Part shown: positions 19,202 through 28,092 of the stretch, piece after piece
How positions within the stretch are numbered: the first letter of the stretch is position 1
Layout of the letters: each line of letters opens with the position of its first letter
Origin: a virus
Lineage: Duplodnaviria; Caudoviricetes
Length of the DNA: 64,000 bases
IMG/VR virus record: IMGVR_UViG_2740892609_000001
Location: 1,688-65,687 of that record
Strand: one strand, 5' to 3'
Program-made: the position numbers and the translations under genes
The notes under the pieces: generated by a model
The model's database searches: none
The model's input: only the letters and a program-made list of their open reading frames with translations
What the model was told of the DNA's origin: nothing

Positions 19202-19231
19202 GGCCCCCGCCTTTCGGTGGGGGCCTTTTTT
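19202..19231 (+). terminator. Intrinsic terminator
   Basis: GGCCCCCGCC-tttc-GGTGGGGGCC-TTTTTT. Confidence 0.85.
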
Positions 19232-19249
19232 GTACCCGGAACTCATGGA

Positions 19250-19310
19250 GCTTGACTTAGACGTCTAAGTCGGCGCACTCTTGGGACACGAGAACTTAGC
19301 CGTCTAAGTT
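19250..19310 (+). promoter_or_regulatory. Transfer-operon promoter with two palindromic operators
   Basis: Perfect palindrome GACTTAGACGTCTAAGTC (19254-19271) overlapping TTGACT; near-palindrome AACTTAGCCGTCTAAGTT (19293-19310). Confidence 0.8.
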
Positions 19311-19350
19311 GCTCGGATCTACCCCACCCATGCCTTCTCCGGGAGCTTCC

Positions 19351-19599
19351 ATGCGCCACGAGACCCCGGCCGCGGAGAACGTGGCCACCGAACAGACCGA
19401 GTTCCTCAACGCCGCGGAGGTTGCCACCCGCCTCCGCGTCTCCCGCTCTACCGTCTACAACCTGATCGCCGAAGGGCGACTCCCCGCCCACCGCAACGGC
19501 GGCGGGAAGATCCGACCGCGCGGCCTGCGGGTCCCCGAGGCGGCAGTCGACCAGTACCTCGCCAGCTCGCTCATCACGCCCTCGACGGACGCCGCCTGA
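19351..19599 (+). CDS. Excisionase-like HTH_17 protein
   Basis: FLNAAEVATRLRVSRSTVYNLIAEGRLPA...LRVPEAAVDQYL. Confidence 0.85.
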   Translation: MRHETPAAENVATEQTEFLNAAEVATRLRVSRSTVYNLIAEGRLPAHRNGGGKIRPRGLRVPEAAVDQYLASSLITPSTDAA

Positions 19600-19766
19600 T
19601 GGCCGCCTCCGCCCAGTCGGGCCACAGCATCATCGACCAGCCGGCCACCCCCGCCGCGTGCGCCCAGGACTACCGGCCGCCGGCGCAGGCCGCGCAGGCC
19701 GCCGCCGACGCCCGCAACGCCACCGCGCAGCTCGGCACCGGCCAGCAGCACACCCACCGCAGCTAG
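19599..19766 (+). CDS. Small hypothetical protein
   Basis: TGATG coupling; 55 aa. Confidence 0.45.
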   Translation: MAASAQSGHSIIDQPATPAACAQDYRPPAQAAQAAADARNATAQLGTGQQHTHRS

Positions 19767-19803
19767 ACCCACCCCACCCGCCTGACCAACGAGGAGCACC
19801 GTC

Positions 19804-20193
19804 ATGCCCGCTGACCCCTGGTCGAGCAGTCTCGCCCCGACCGTCACCTCGTTCATCCCGACCGCCAGCGACATGGAGTTCGAGCATGACGGGCTCCTCG
19901 TGTCCAGCCTCGGCGGCGAGGACGGGTACGGCGAGCTGATTGCCGTCGGGCCCGGCCTCACCCCGCGCCGAGCGTTCGCCGCGATGCTCGCCTACGCCCG
20001 TACCGAATGCAGCTGGGACGGCTACGACGCGGCTGCCGAACTCCGGGACCGGATCCGGGCCGACGAGATGACCCTCGCGATCGTGCCCACCGTGTTCATC
20101 CGCGAGCCCGACGGCGGCTGGGACCTGCGCCGCCACGCGGACGGACAGTCCGCAGCCTGGCTCGTCAGCCCCTGGCACCCCGCCACCCGCTAG
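19804..20193 (+). CDS. Hypothetical protein
   Basis: GAGGAG RBS. Confidence 0.6.
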   Translation: MPADPWSSSLAPTVTSFIPTASDMEFEHDGLLVSSLGGEDGYGELIAVGPGLTPRRAFAAMLAYARTECSWDGYDAAAELRDRIRADEMTLAIVPTVFIREPDGGWDLRRHADGQSAAWLVSPWHPATR

Positions 20194-20356
20194 ACCACCC
20201 CATCCCGGCACGACCAACCGGAGGACAGCCATGCCCGAAACCCCTGCCACCCAGGAGCCGGACGACGACCGCTCGTTCATTTGGGTTTTCGGCGACCTCG
20301 ACGACCCGCAGCCCGACACTGACCAGCCCGCCTGACCAACGGAAGGACCACCCGCC

Positions 20357-20575
20357 ATGAACGCCACCGCCACCGCCACCGCACAGCCGACCGACCTGGA
20401 GGCCGCCTGGGCCGAGTACGAAGTCCGCGAGCAGCTCATCGCCGCCTACGAGCAGGCGACCACCCGGGCCGGCCGGGCCGCGGCCCGCTGGGACGTCCTC
20501 TCCTACGACATGGCGAACCCCGGCGTCACCAAGCTCGCCGACCAGCTCGACGACCACGTGAGCCGGGCTGCCTGA
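20357..20575 (+). CDS. Hypothetical protein
   Basis: GAAGGA RBS. Confidence 0.6.
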   Translation: MNATATATAQPTDLEAAWAEYEVREQLIAAYEQATTRAGRAAARWDVLSYDMANPGVTKLADQLDDHVSRAA

Positions 20576-20605
20576 GATCCGCCGCGACTCTTAGGAAGGA
20601 AGATC

Positions 20606-21718
20606 ATGAGCCCCCCCGAATGGATCAAGAAGCTCGACGTATTCGCCCTCGTCGAGAAGCTCCTCACAATCGCGGCCCTCGTCCTCGTCGCCATCACGGT
20701 CGGCGGGCAGCTGGGCCACATGATCGGCCTGCACGGCACCCTGGCCACCGTCGCTGCATGGTCGATCGCGCTGGTGTACGACGCCCTGTGGATCGGCGCA
20801 CTGCGCATGTCCGAGGTGGCGATCCGACAGCGGTCCAGGATCGGCATGGCCGTCATGCTCGGCCTGACCGTCGCAGCCATCGGCGTATCCACCGCGACCC
20901 TCCTGGTCCTCGGACACGCCCAGATCTTCGCCGGCGTGCCGGCCGCCGCCGCGGTCTTCATGGGCCTTCGGATCTTCTCCAGCAACGTGCTGGCGGACTC
21001 CGCCACGGCCGATCGGATCGCCGATCAGTCCGCTGCCGCCCGCAACGCCCACGCCCTGGCAGCAGCTGACGCCCGGCACCTGGCGTCCGAGGCCCGCACG
21101 GACGTGCTCGCCGAGACGGCCGATCACCTTGCGGAGATGGCCCGGCAGATCGCCAGGGCCAAGGTCTTGACCGAGGCCCAGAAGAAGATCAGCAAGGCCC
21201 GAGCGAAGGCTGAGGAGACTCTCGCCGAAGCCGACGAGGAGTACGGCGAGAAGGCTGCCGCGTTCATGTCCCGGGAGCTCCTGACCGTCGGGTCACACCC
21301 CGGGGTCACGGCCGCGGGTCACACCCCGGCCGAGCTGGAGGGTCACACAGGGGTCACGCAGGTCACGCCGGAAATCGAGACCGTGACCCTCCAGCCCGTG
21401 ACCGCGGACGAAACGGACAATGACGACTGGCTGGAGCCCGACCCCGACGAGGTCGCCCCGACCGCGGAAGAACTCGCCCTGCTCGACGAACTCTCCCTCG
21501 CCGACGGCGTCAGCCGGCCCCGGCCGGGAGAGACGCTGAGCGCCGAACAGCTGGCCGTCGTACTCCGCTGGCTCCGCTACATGATGGAGCCGCCCCGCTC
21601 CTACCGGGAGGCAAAGAAGGCCTTCCGAAAGTTCGGCTTCCGGGCCAAAGAGCAGCGGGTCCGCCTCGCCTGGCGCGAGATCGACGCCCTCGAATCCCAG
21701 GTTGCCTCCACCGTCTGA
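20606..21718 (+). CDS. SpdB-like spread protein (4 TM, coiled coil, C-terminal HTH-like segment)
   Basis: Hydrophobic N-terminus with AWSIALVYDALWIGAL, then coiled coil and low-complexity repeat; in the tra operon. Confidence 0.65.
   Translation: MSPPEWIKKLDVFALVEKLLTIAALVLVAITVGGQLGHMIGLHGTLATVAAWSIALVYDALWIGALRMSEVAIRQRSRIGMAVMLGLTVAAIGVSTATLLVLGHAQIFAGVPAAAAVFMGLRIFSSNVLADSATADRIADQSAAARNAHALAAADARHLASEARTDVLAETADHLAEMARQIARAKVLTEAQKKISKARAKAEETLAEADEEYGEKAAAFMSRELLTVGSHPGVTAAGHTPAELEGHTGVTQVTPEIETVTLQPVTADETDNDDWLEPDPDEVAPTAEELALLDELSLADGVSRPRPGETLSAEQLAVVLRWLRYMMEPPRSYREAKKAFRKFGFRAKEQRVRLAWREIDALESQVASTV
21290..21404. repeat. GGGTCAC(A/G) repeat cluster
   Basis: Copies at 21290, 21303, 21316, 21340, 21351, 21360; inverted copies at 21382, 21397. 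Confidence 0.8.
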
Positions 21719-21895
21719 CAACCCCCGGCACAGCCGGCAGGGCCCAGCAGCACCAGCCGCTGGACCTTGCCGAGACTGCCGGAAGCAGTCGGAACCACAA
21801 ACCCGCAGGTCAAGCCGTTGAGTGACCCGGTGAGCGGAACGATCGCAGACCCGGCAAGCAGACCCGGAAGGCCGCCCAGCGAGAAGGGATCACCG

Positions 21896-22162
21896 ATGGA
21901 GCCCGGCATCAGCCCCTGGCAGCGGCCGCCGAAGCGCCCCAAGAAGCTGGCGCAGAGGAAGGCTGAACGCATGGCCCGCCGCGCCGAGTACTGGGGCGAA
22001 CGGCTGGCAGCAGCCCGGGAGCTGGGCCCGGAGGCGGCCGCCTCGATGACCTTCGATCGGGCCCGCAGCGAGCTCGACCGACTGCCAGCGGAGCAGCGGG
22101 AGCGGGCCTTCGGGGCCCTTGCTGACGCCATCGACCGGATCCGTGAAGCCCACGCACAGTGA
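21896..22162 (+). CDS. Hypothetical helical protein
   Basis: GAAGGGA RBS before ATG. Confidence 0.55.
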   Translation: MEPGISPWQRPPKRPKKLAQRKAERMARRAEYWGERLAAARELGPEAAASMTFDRARSELDRLPAEQRERAFGALADAIDRIREAHAQ

Positions 22163-22215
22163 CCGACAGCTGTGACGGCGATTGTGACCGGACCTGTGAC
22201 AAGCGGCTGTGACGG
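22158..22215 (+). repeat. Five TGTGAC-core direct repeats, candidate clt
   Basis: Copies at 22158, 22171, 22183, 22195, 22208 (12-13 bp period); mostly intergenic. Confidence 0.75.
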
Positions 22216-22331
22216 CCCAATCCCACGACACCCGTATCCGCACGCGCTCGCGCGCCCGTGCGCGCGCGAGGCTACGACGCTCTGTAACTGCCCGTCAAGT
22301 CCCTAGAGACCTCGGAAGGGATTGAAATTCC

Positions 22332-22799
22332 ATGATCGAAGCTGTTGTCAGCTCCGCCGCCGGCGGCGCCTGCGCTGGCTCCGCGGCCCTCCTCTACTAC
22401 TCGGAGAAGCTCCCCGGCCTCCAGAAGATCACCAACAAGCTCCACACCGACCGCGCCCAGGCAATCCTGATCGCCACCGCCTCGGCCGCGGTGGTCGCCA
22501 CCCCGGCCGGCGCCTGGTGGAACGAGACGGTCAACTCCATCGACGAGTGGGCCGTCGACCTGGTCGGCGCCTGGACGGGCCTCCTCATCACCGGAGTCCC
22601 CGCCCTCTTCGTGGCCGTGATCTTCGTCAACGACCTGGTCACCCGCAAGGTCGAGCACCGCACCCGCATCCTCGGCGCGATCCTCCCCGTCCTCGCCTCC
22701 ACCATCCCCGGCCCCATCGGCGAGGGAGTCCAGAGTGTTCTCGGCTGGGTCGTCACCAACGTCAGCAAGCTCGTCGCCGGCGCCTTCGGCCTGGCGTGA
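22332..22799 (+). CDS. Multi-TM membrane protein of the transfer module
   Basis: About four hydrophobic segments. Confidence 0.7.
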   Translation: MIEAVVSSAAGGACAGSAALLYYSEKLPGLQKITNKLHTDRAQAILIATASAAVVATPAGAWWNETVNSIDEWAVDLVGAWTGLLITGVPALFVAVIFVNDLVTRKVEHRTRILGAILPVLASTIPGPIGEGVQSVLGWVVTNVSKLVAGAFGLA

Positions 22800-22810
22800 G
22801 GAGCTGACCC

Positions 22811-23881
22811 GTGATCGAGCTCCTAGTCCTCGCGGCCATCGCATACGCCGGGGCGCGCGGCGTCGAGTCAGTGATCGGCGACCGTCGTCACGACACCCCC
22901 GCCGCCCGAGAGACCGTCCAGAAGGTCGCAGCTGGCACGCCTGCTGAAACTGCCAAGCCGAAGCCACCCACCCCCACCGACCCCGGCGGCACGTTCAGCG
23001 CGGCAGCCCCCCGCAGCGCGGCCCTCGGCGGTCGGGTTGCCGCCCCCCTGGCCGTCCTCACCGAGACCAGCGCCACCATGTGGAAGGCCATCGGTGAGGG
23101 CTACCGCGAGCGGTGGCCCGAAATCCGTGCGGAGCGCCGCAAGAAGATGATCGAGCGGGCCGCCCAGCGCAAAGCCGACAAGGCCGCCGCCGAAGCCAAG
23201 GCGCGATCGGACGCAGCGGCTGCCAAAGCAGGCCCACCTCCGCTGATTCCGCCCATGCCCGCCCACCCGCCCGCCCCCGTTACGCCTCTAAAGCCCACCC
23301 CGGCGGCAGGCGAACCGGAGGTGCCAAAGCTTCCATCCGTGCCCGATCTGCGGGTCGGGGAGGGCCGGGGATGGCCCGGCGACGGAACCGCGATCATCCC
23401 CACCACCCGCGACCCCGCCTTCAGCACCACAGCCCCGACCCGTCGCCTCGCCGCCGTACCCGACCTCGCCCAGAACGGAGACCTCATGAGCTCACCGGCC
23501 AACGTCATCCCCGAGATCCGGACCCTCGACGGGCTGCTGAACGCCCTGACCCTGGTCCGCGCCATGTGTGAGATGCGGTCCGAGGAGGCCATGGCCATCG
23601 CCGCCGACGACTTGGCCCTGTCCAACCGGCTCGATCAGATCGAAGCCGAGATGGCCGACCTCGAAGTCGACGCCAGCACCCGCGCTGAGATCGACGGCCT
23701 CCGTGAGTCCATCCACACCCAGTCGCAGGCCGCGGCCCAGTACGGCGGCGCCGCCAGGGACGCAGCCGACCTTGCCCTCGCCACCGCAGGAGCAGCCCAC
23801 AAGAACCACGGCGGGATCGCCGAGGCCGTCCAGTCCTCACCCATCGAAGTGGCCGCGCAGGCCGGCTACTACAACCGCTGA
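22811..23881 (+). CDS. Membrane-anchored protein with C-terminal TraA-like helical domain
   Basis: N-terminal TM, Pro-rich linker, C-terminus HKNHGGIAEAVQSS...AGYYNR. Confidence 0.7.
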   Translation: MIELLVLAAIAYAGARGVESVIGDRRHDTPAARETVQKVAAGTPAETAKPKPPTPTDPGGTFSAAAPRSAALGGRVAAPLAVLTETSATMWKAIGEGYRERWPEIRAERRKKMIERAAQRKADKAAAEAKARSDAAAAKAGPPPLIPPMPAHPPAPVTPLKPTPAAGEPEVPKLPSVPDLRVGEGRGWPGDGTAIIPTTRDPAFSTTAPTRRLAAVPDLAQNGDLMSSPANVIPEIRTLDGLLNALTLVRAMCEMRSEEAMAIAADDLALSNRLDQIEAEMADLEVDASTRAEIDGLRESIHTQSQAAAQYGGAARDAADLALATAGAAHKNHGGIAEAVQSSPIEVAAQAGYYNR

Positions 23882-23895
23882 CAAGGAGACCCCTC

Positions 23896-24285
23896 GTGGC
23901 CATCACAAAGATCGCGGACGTCATCAACCACCACGCCCTGCTCGCCGCACTCAACGCCATCCGCGCCGAGGTCGAATCCCGGCAGGAGGACGTCGACAAC
24001 CTCGCTGGCTGGGCCGGGGAGATGGCCGACCGGATGCAGGGCATCGCCGAGGAGCTGCAGAGCCTGCAGGTCGACGTCTACACCGTCGGCAACGTCGCCG
24101 CCCTCGGCGACGTCATCTCGGGCCAGGCCGCCGCTGCGGCCCGCTACCAGAACGCCACCGACAACTCCGTCACCCAGGCGGCATCGGCCGCGCGCACCGC
24201 GCACCGTAACCACGGCCGCATCCAGGACGCGGTCGACGACAGCACGGTGCCGATGGCGAAGAACACCTTCTACAGCGCTGAATAG
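23896..24285 (+). CDS. TraA-like helical hairpin protein
   Basis: HRNHGRIQDAVDDS...TFYSAE; paralog of the preceding C-terminal domain; directly upstream of the TraB-like gene. Confidence 0.7.
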   Translation: MAITKIADVINHHALLAALNAIRAEVESRQEDVDNLAGWAGEMADRMQGIAEELQSLQVDVYTVGNVAALGDVISGQAAAAARYQNATDNSVTQAASAARTAHRNHGRIQDAVDDSTVPMAKNTFYSAE

Positions 24286-24392
24286 CCGCCCTCCCCATGC
24301 TGCCCAGACGTCCCCGGCCACCGCCGGGGGCGGTGGGGAGCACCGGGCCCCGGCCCCCAACCCGTAGGACCCATGACCGAAGGGACCCCGTC

Positions 24393-26445
24393 GTGCGCGC
24401 CCCCAAGACCCCGACCCCCAGTACGCCGACTACGCCGCGTTCGTAGCCGCACAGGCCAACACGGCGACCGCCCGCGCAGCCACAGGGAAGAAGCCCCGCA
24501 CCGTCAAGAGCTGGGCATTCGCCAACCGCGGCAGGCTCGCCATCGCGGCGACCGCCGCCAGCCTCGGCCCGGCCGGAGACCTCCTGTCGGCGACCGGCGA
24601 CGGATGGAAGACCGCCCTCACCCTGGGCGCGGCGGGCGCCGCAGCGGCAGGGGCGTGGGGCTGGATGCCCGGCCTGTTCAAGTGGAAGGGCGACTGGAAG
24701 CCGGTCCGCACCCTCCCCAGCCTCAACGACCGCCGCACCGCCCTGTCCATGCCGGCCACCGGCGCCGCCCTCCTCACCGCAATGGCCGCGACCGGGGGGC
24801 CAGAATGGGGCGACAACCCCTGGTGGGGCTTCTCCCTCGCCTGGTCAGCCGCCTACGGCACCTGGGCATGGCAGCGCTGGGGCCGCCCCGTCGAGAACAA
24901 AGCCCCGGCCCTGACCCAGCACATGCTCGACTGGATGACCTACGCCGCCGCCACCGACGGCCCCTACCCGAAGAGCAAGCTCGTCTCCCCGCTCGCCACC
25001 TCGCAAGGAGGTTGGAGCGCAGAGATCCACATGCCCCGGGGCAAGGCCTTCCGCATTCAGGCAATGGATGACGTCCTGTCGGCCATCGGTATCGACGACG
25101 CCGACCTGGTCGCCCTGGAGAAGATCGCCCCCCGCAAGGGCAAGATCACCGTATTCACCGAGAACCCCCTGAAGAAGGGCAGCCTGTTCGGTCCGCAGCA
25201 CGTCCTGGACCTGGAAACCGGCCTCGCCCGATCGGCACCTACTACGACGGGGCCCCGTCCAACTACCGCTTCTTCCAGCCCGGATCGGGCGCCGTGCACT
25301 CGTTTGTCACCGGCACCTCCGGCTCCGGGAAGTCCCGGCTCCTCGACGCCCTCCTCGGTATCGAGCGCCGCAGCCCCGTGGTCTGCTCGTTCGTCATCGA
25401 CCCGCAGGCCGGCCTGTCCCTGCCGGACTGGCCCGACGGGGTCGCCGTGTTCGCCCCCGGCAACGACTTCGGCATCGTCGTCCTCCGCGCCTTCCAGGCG
25501 ATCATGAAGGAGCGGGCCAAACGCTACAACCGCATGAAGTGGACCGACGAGAAGGGCCGCACCCGCGTCGGCCGCGCCTTCTTCGTACCCGGCGACCCCG
25601 ACCCGCTGCTCTCCCTCACCCTCGACGAAGCCCACGACCTCCTCACCGACCCCAAATACGGCGAAGAAGCCGTCGACATCATCGGCAACTGCGCCAAGGA
25701 AGTCCGCAAGGTCGGCGGCAAGCTCCGCCTCGCCAACCAGAGCCCCAACGCCAGCGAACTCGGCGGGGAAACCCTCATCCGCGACATCCTCCAAGGCGGC
25801 AACAACGCCGTCCTCCGCTCCGGATCGTCCGCGACGGGCAGGCGCGCCGCCGGAACCGCCCTCGGAGACATCGACCCCGGCGCCATCCCCAAGGAATTCA
25901 ACGACGGCACCAGCACCGGCGGCCTCGGCTACCTCGCCGGCCCCGACAACCGGGCCGCCATGTGGCGCGCCCCCTACGTCGAAGACCCCTACGGACTCGC
26001 CCACGAAGGCTTCACCACCGGCATCGAGCAGGCCAGCATCGACGCCCTCCCGATCGTCCGGCACGTCCTCGAAGAGCACGCCCTCATGATCCGCCTGCGC
26101 AACGCCGGCCAGCAGTACACCTACGACCCCGGCCGCTTCCGCGACGAAACCACCGCCCCGGCCAGGAAGCCCCGCACTCCCGCCCAGCCCGTCGAGCACG
26201 TGCCCGCCGCAGTCGAACCGGAGGCCGCGGCGCTGTCCGCGACAGCCCGGAAGATCGTCGCTTTCCTGCACCAGCACGGAAAGCCCGTAGCCCCCGCCAT
26301 CATCGCCAAGTCGCTTGGCCTGACCGGCCCCCAGGTCCGCACCGCCCTCAAGCGCATGAAGGACGACCCCGCCGTGCCTATCGTCAACCTCGGCCACGGC
26401 GCATGGACCCACACCGACCACACCACGCCCGCCCTCGCCGCGTAA
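24393..26445 (+). CDS. traB: TraB-like FtsK/SpoIIIE conjugative DNA translocase (apparent frameshifts near 24402 and 25228)
   Basis: N-terminal TMs; Walker A GTSGSGKS; VIDPQ; MKERA; Walker B LTLDEAH; ANQ; GLGYL; C-terminal wHTH; one added C at each run restores a single ORF. Confidence 0.85.
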
Positions 26446-26456
26446 GGAGACCGACC

Positions 26457-26912
26457 ATGACCACCCACGCCGACCGCGACAGGGCCAAGAGCCTCATCGA
26501 CGCCGTCAACGAAGCCATGACCCAGACCGCCTACCGCGACCCCACCCCGACCCCCACCATCGGAGCCGCCGAGCCCGTGCCGCAGCCCGGACGGCCCCCC
26601 ATGAGCCAGAAGGCAACCGACGTCAGCGGCATCATGCTCGCCGCCGGCCTCGCGTCGATCCCCATGGGAGGCGCGACGTCCCTGGTCCTGTACACGCTCG
26701 GCCACGTCAGCCCCACAGCCCTTGCCATCGGAGGAGCAGCACCCGTGGCCCTGATCCTCGCCCTCGGCTCCCTGATCAAGGCCGCCAGTCGCGGCATGCA
26801 GGGCATTGGAGCGGAGCACCACCACCACTACGCCGGTCCTGTCAGCCAGCAGCATCACACTGTTAGCACGCAGACCCGCGGTCTGATCGCCAAGACGATC
26901 AACAAGCAGTAG
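26457..26912 (+). CDS. SpdD-like two-TM spread protein
   Basis: AGGAG RBS; PVPQPGRPPMSQKATD, two TMs, EHHHHYAGPVSQ. Confidence 0.65.
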   Translation: MTTHADRDRAKSLIDAVNEAMTQTAYRDPTPTPTIGAAEPVPQPGRPPMSQKATDVSGIMLAAGLASIPMGGATSLVLYTLGHVSPTALAIGGAAPVALILALGSLIKAASRGMQGIGAEHHHHYAGPVSQQHHTVSTQTRGLIAKTINKQ

Positions 26913-27089
26913 CTACCGCTCGACCGACAGGCCCTCGCCGACCGCGGGGGCCTTCGTCATAGGGACCGCGCGGGCAAGCCAGCCGTCGCCGCACCGGTCC
27001 GTCGGCAGCATCGTCACCACCGCGCCCAGAAGCCGACACAGCTTGTCGAGCGCGCTCCGACATTCGGACTCTGTTGACCCGCGGACCAT
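26913..27089 (-). CDS. Small hypothetical protein
   Basis: MVRGSTESECRSALDKLC...GWLARAV; convergent. Confidence 0.45.
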   Translation of the reverse strand: MVRGSTESECRSALDKLCRLLGAVVTMLPTDRCGDGWLARAVPMTKAPAVGEGLSVER

Positions 27090-27113
27090 GAAGGAGACAC
27101 CCATGACGCCAGT

Positions 27114-27746
27114 TTGACGCAAGCCGCAACGCGACCGCAGGCAGACCGATTTGTCGGCACCACCTGGGAGAATGTGAACGTGCCTCGATTCCTCGTCCAA
27201 CCCCAGCCTTGGTCGCAGAAGAACGTTGGCGACCGAATACCGCACTCCGACAAGGTTGACCCTGACGACCCGCTCAGGGCCAACATCCTCATCACCCTTC
27301 ACCGCATGGAGCTCGAAGGGATAGAGATCGACGAAAAGGCCGTCCAAATCGCCAAGGCCATGGTGCGGCGACACTATGCCGAGACGCACGCCCTGCCGCC
27401 CCCGCGCCAGCCTGACGTCGCCACAGCCGATGCAGCCAACAAGAAGCACTGGGTCTACTACGTCCGTTGCGGCTACCTCATCAAGATCGGCACCAGCTCA
27501 AATCTGCCAAGCAGGTTCCAGTCCGTCCGCCCGAACGAAGTGCTCGCATTGGAACCTGGCGGCCAGGAGCTTGAGACCGCACGCCACCGCCAGTTCAGGC
27601 CACTCCTGGCCGGCGGCGAATACTTCCACCCCGGGCCGCCCCTGCAGACGCACATCGATGAACTCCGAGACCGGCTAGGGCCACCGAACTGGGTCTACTC
27701 CGTCCTGAAGGATGGCCACGACTTCTACCCCGACAACCAAGGTTGA
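27114..27746 (+). CDS. GIY-YIG (T5orf172/MUG113-like) domain protein
   Basis: WVYYVRCGYLIKIGTSSNLPSRF...EPGGQELETARHRQF...GEYF; start uncertain. Confidence 0.75.
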   Translation: MTQAATRPQADRFVGTTWENVNVPRFLVQPQPWSQKNVGDRIPHSDKVDPDDPLRANILITLHRMELEGIEIDEKAVQIAKAMVRRHYAETHALPPPRQPDVATADAANKKHWVYYVRCGYLIKIGTSSNLPSRFQSVRPNEVLALEPGGQELETARHRQFRPLLAGGEYFHPGPPLQTHIDELRDRLGPPNWVYSVLKDGHDFYPDNQG

Positions 27747-27798
27747 CGTTCGGACCTGGGCGAGCGTACCGTGTGCTTGACTTGATCTCGCTGTCTTC

Positions 27799-27824
27799 AA
27801 GGGCCACCCATCGGGTGGCCCTTT
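27799..27824. terminator. Hairpin (terminator-like)
   Basis: AAGGGCCACC-catcg-GGTGGCCCTTT. Confidence 0.55.
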
Positions 27825-27842
27825 GCGCTGTCGGAGGTCGCC

Positions 27843-28073
27843 GTGGCTGAACTTGGAATGGTCACCGCGGATCTCGCGGCGATTTACTGCGGACGGCCGG
27901 TCTCGACAATCCGACGCTGGGCAGCCGAAGGCCGCATCAAACGGTACGGCGCGGGGCGCGGAAACGTCCGATACAACGTCTTCGAACTGCCCCGGAAGAC
28001 GGTCGACCCCTGGACGGGCGAAATCGACCTCGGCGATCCGCCGCCGCTACCCGCAGGAGCCAAGGCCGCCTGA
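27843..28073 (+). CDS. MerR-like HTH DNA-binding protein
   Basis: VTADLAAIYCGRPVSTIRRWAAEGRIKRYG...RY. Confidence 0.8.
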   Translation: MAELGMVTADLAAIYCGRPVSTIRRWAAEGRIKRYGAGRGNVRYNVFELPRKTVDPWTGEIDLGDPPPLPAGAKAA

Positions 28074-28092
28074 CTGACGAGGAGGTGCCGCC

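Noticed and set aside
24393-26445. FtsK ATPase as type VII secretion EccC or phage packaging motor
   Set aside because: Single ATPase domain with a C-terminal wHTH; no other T7SS genes; a separate terminase is present
17177-27800. Independent AICE or plasmid inserted in the prophage
   Set aside because: No recognisable Rep, integrase or flanking direct repeats; not fully excluded
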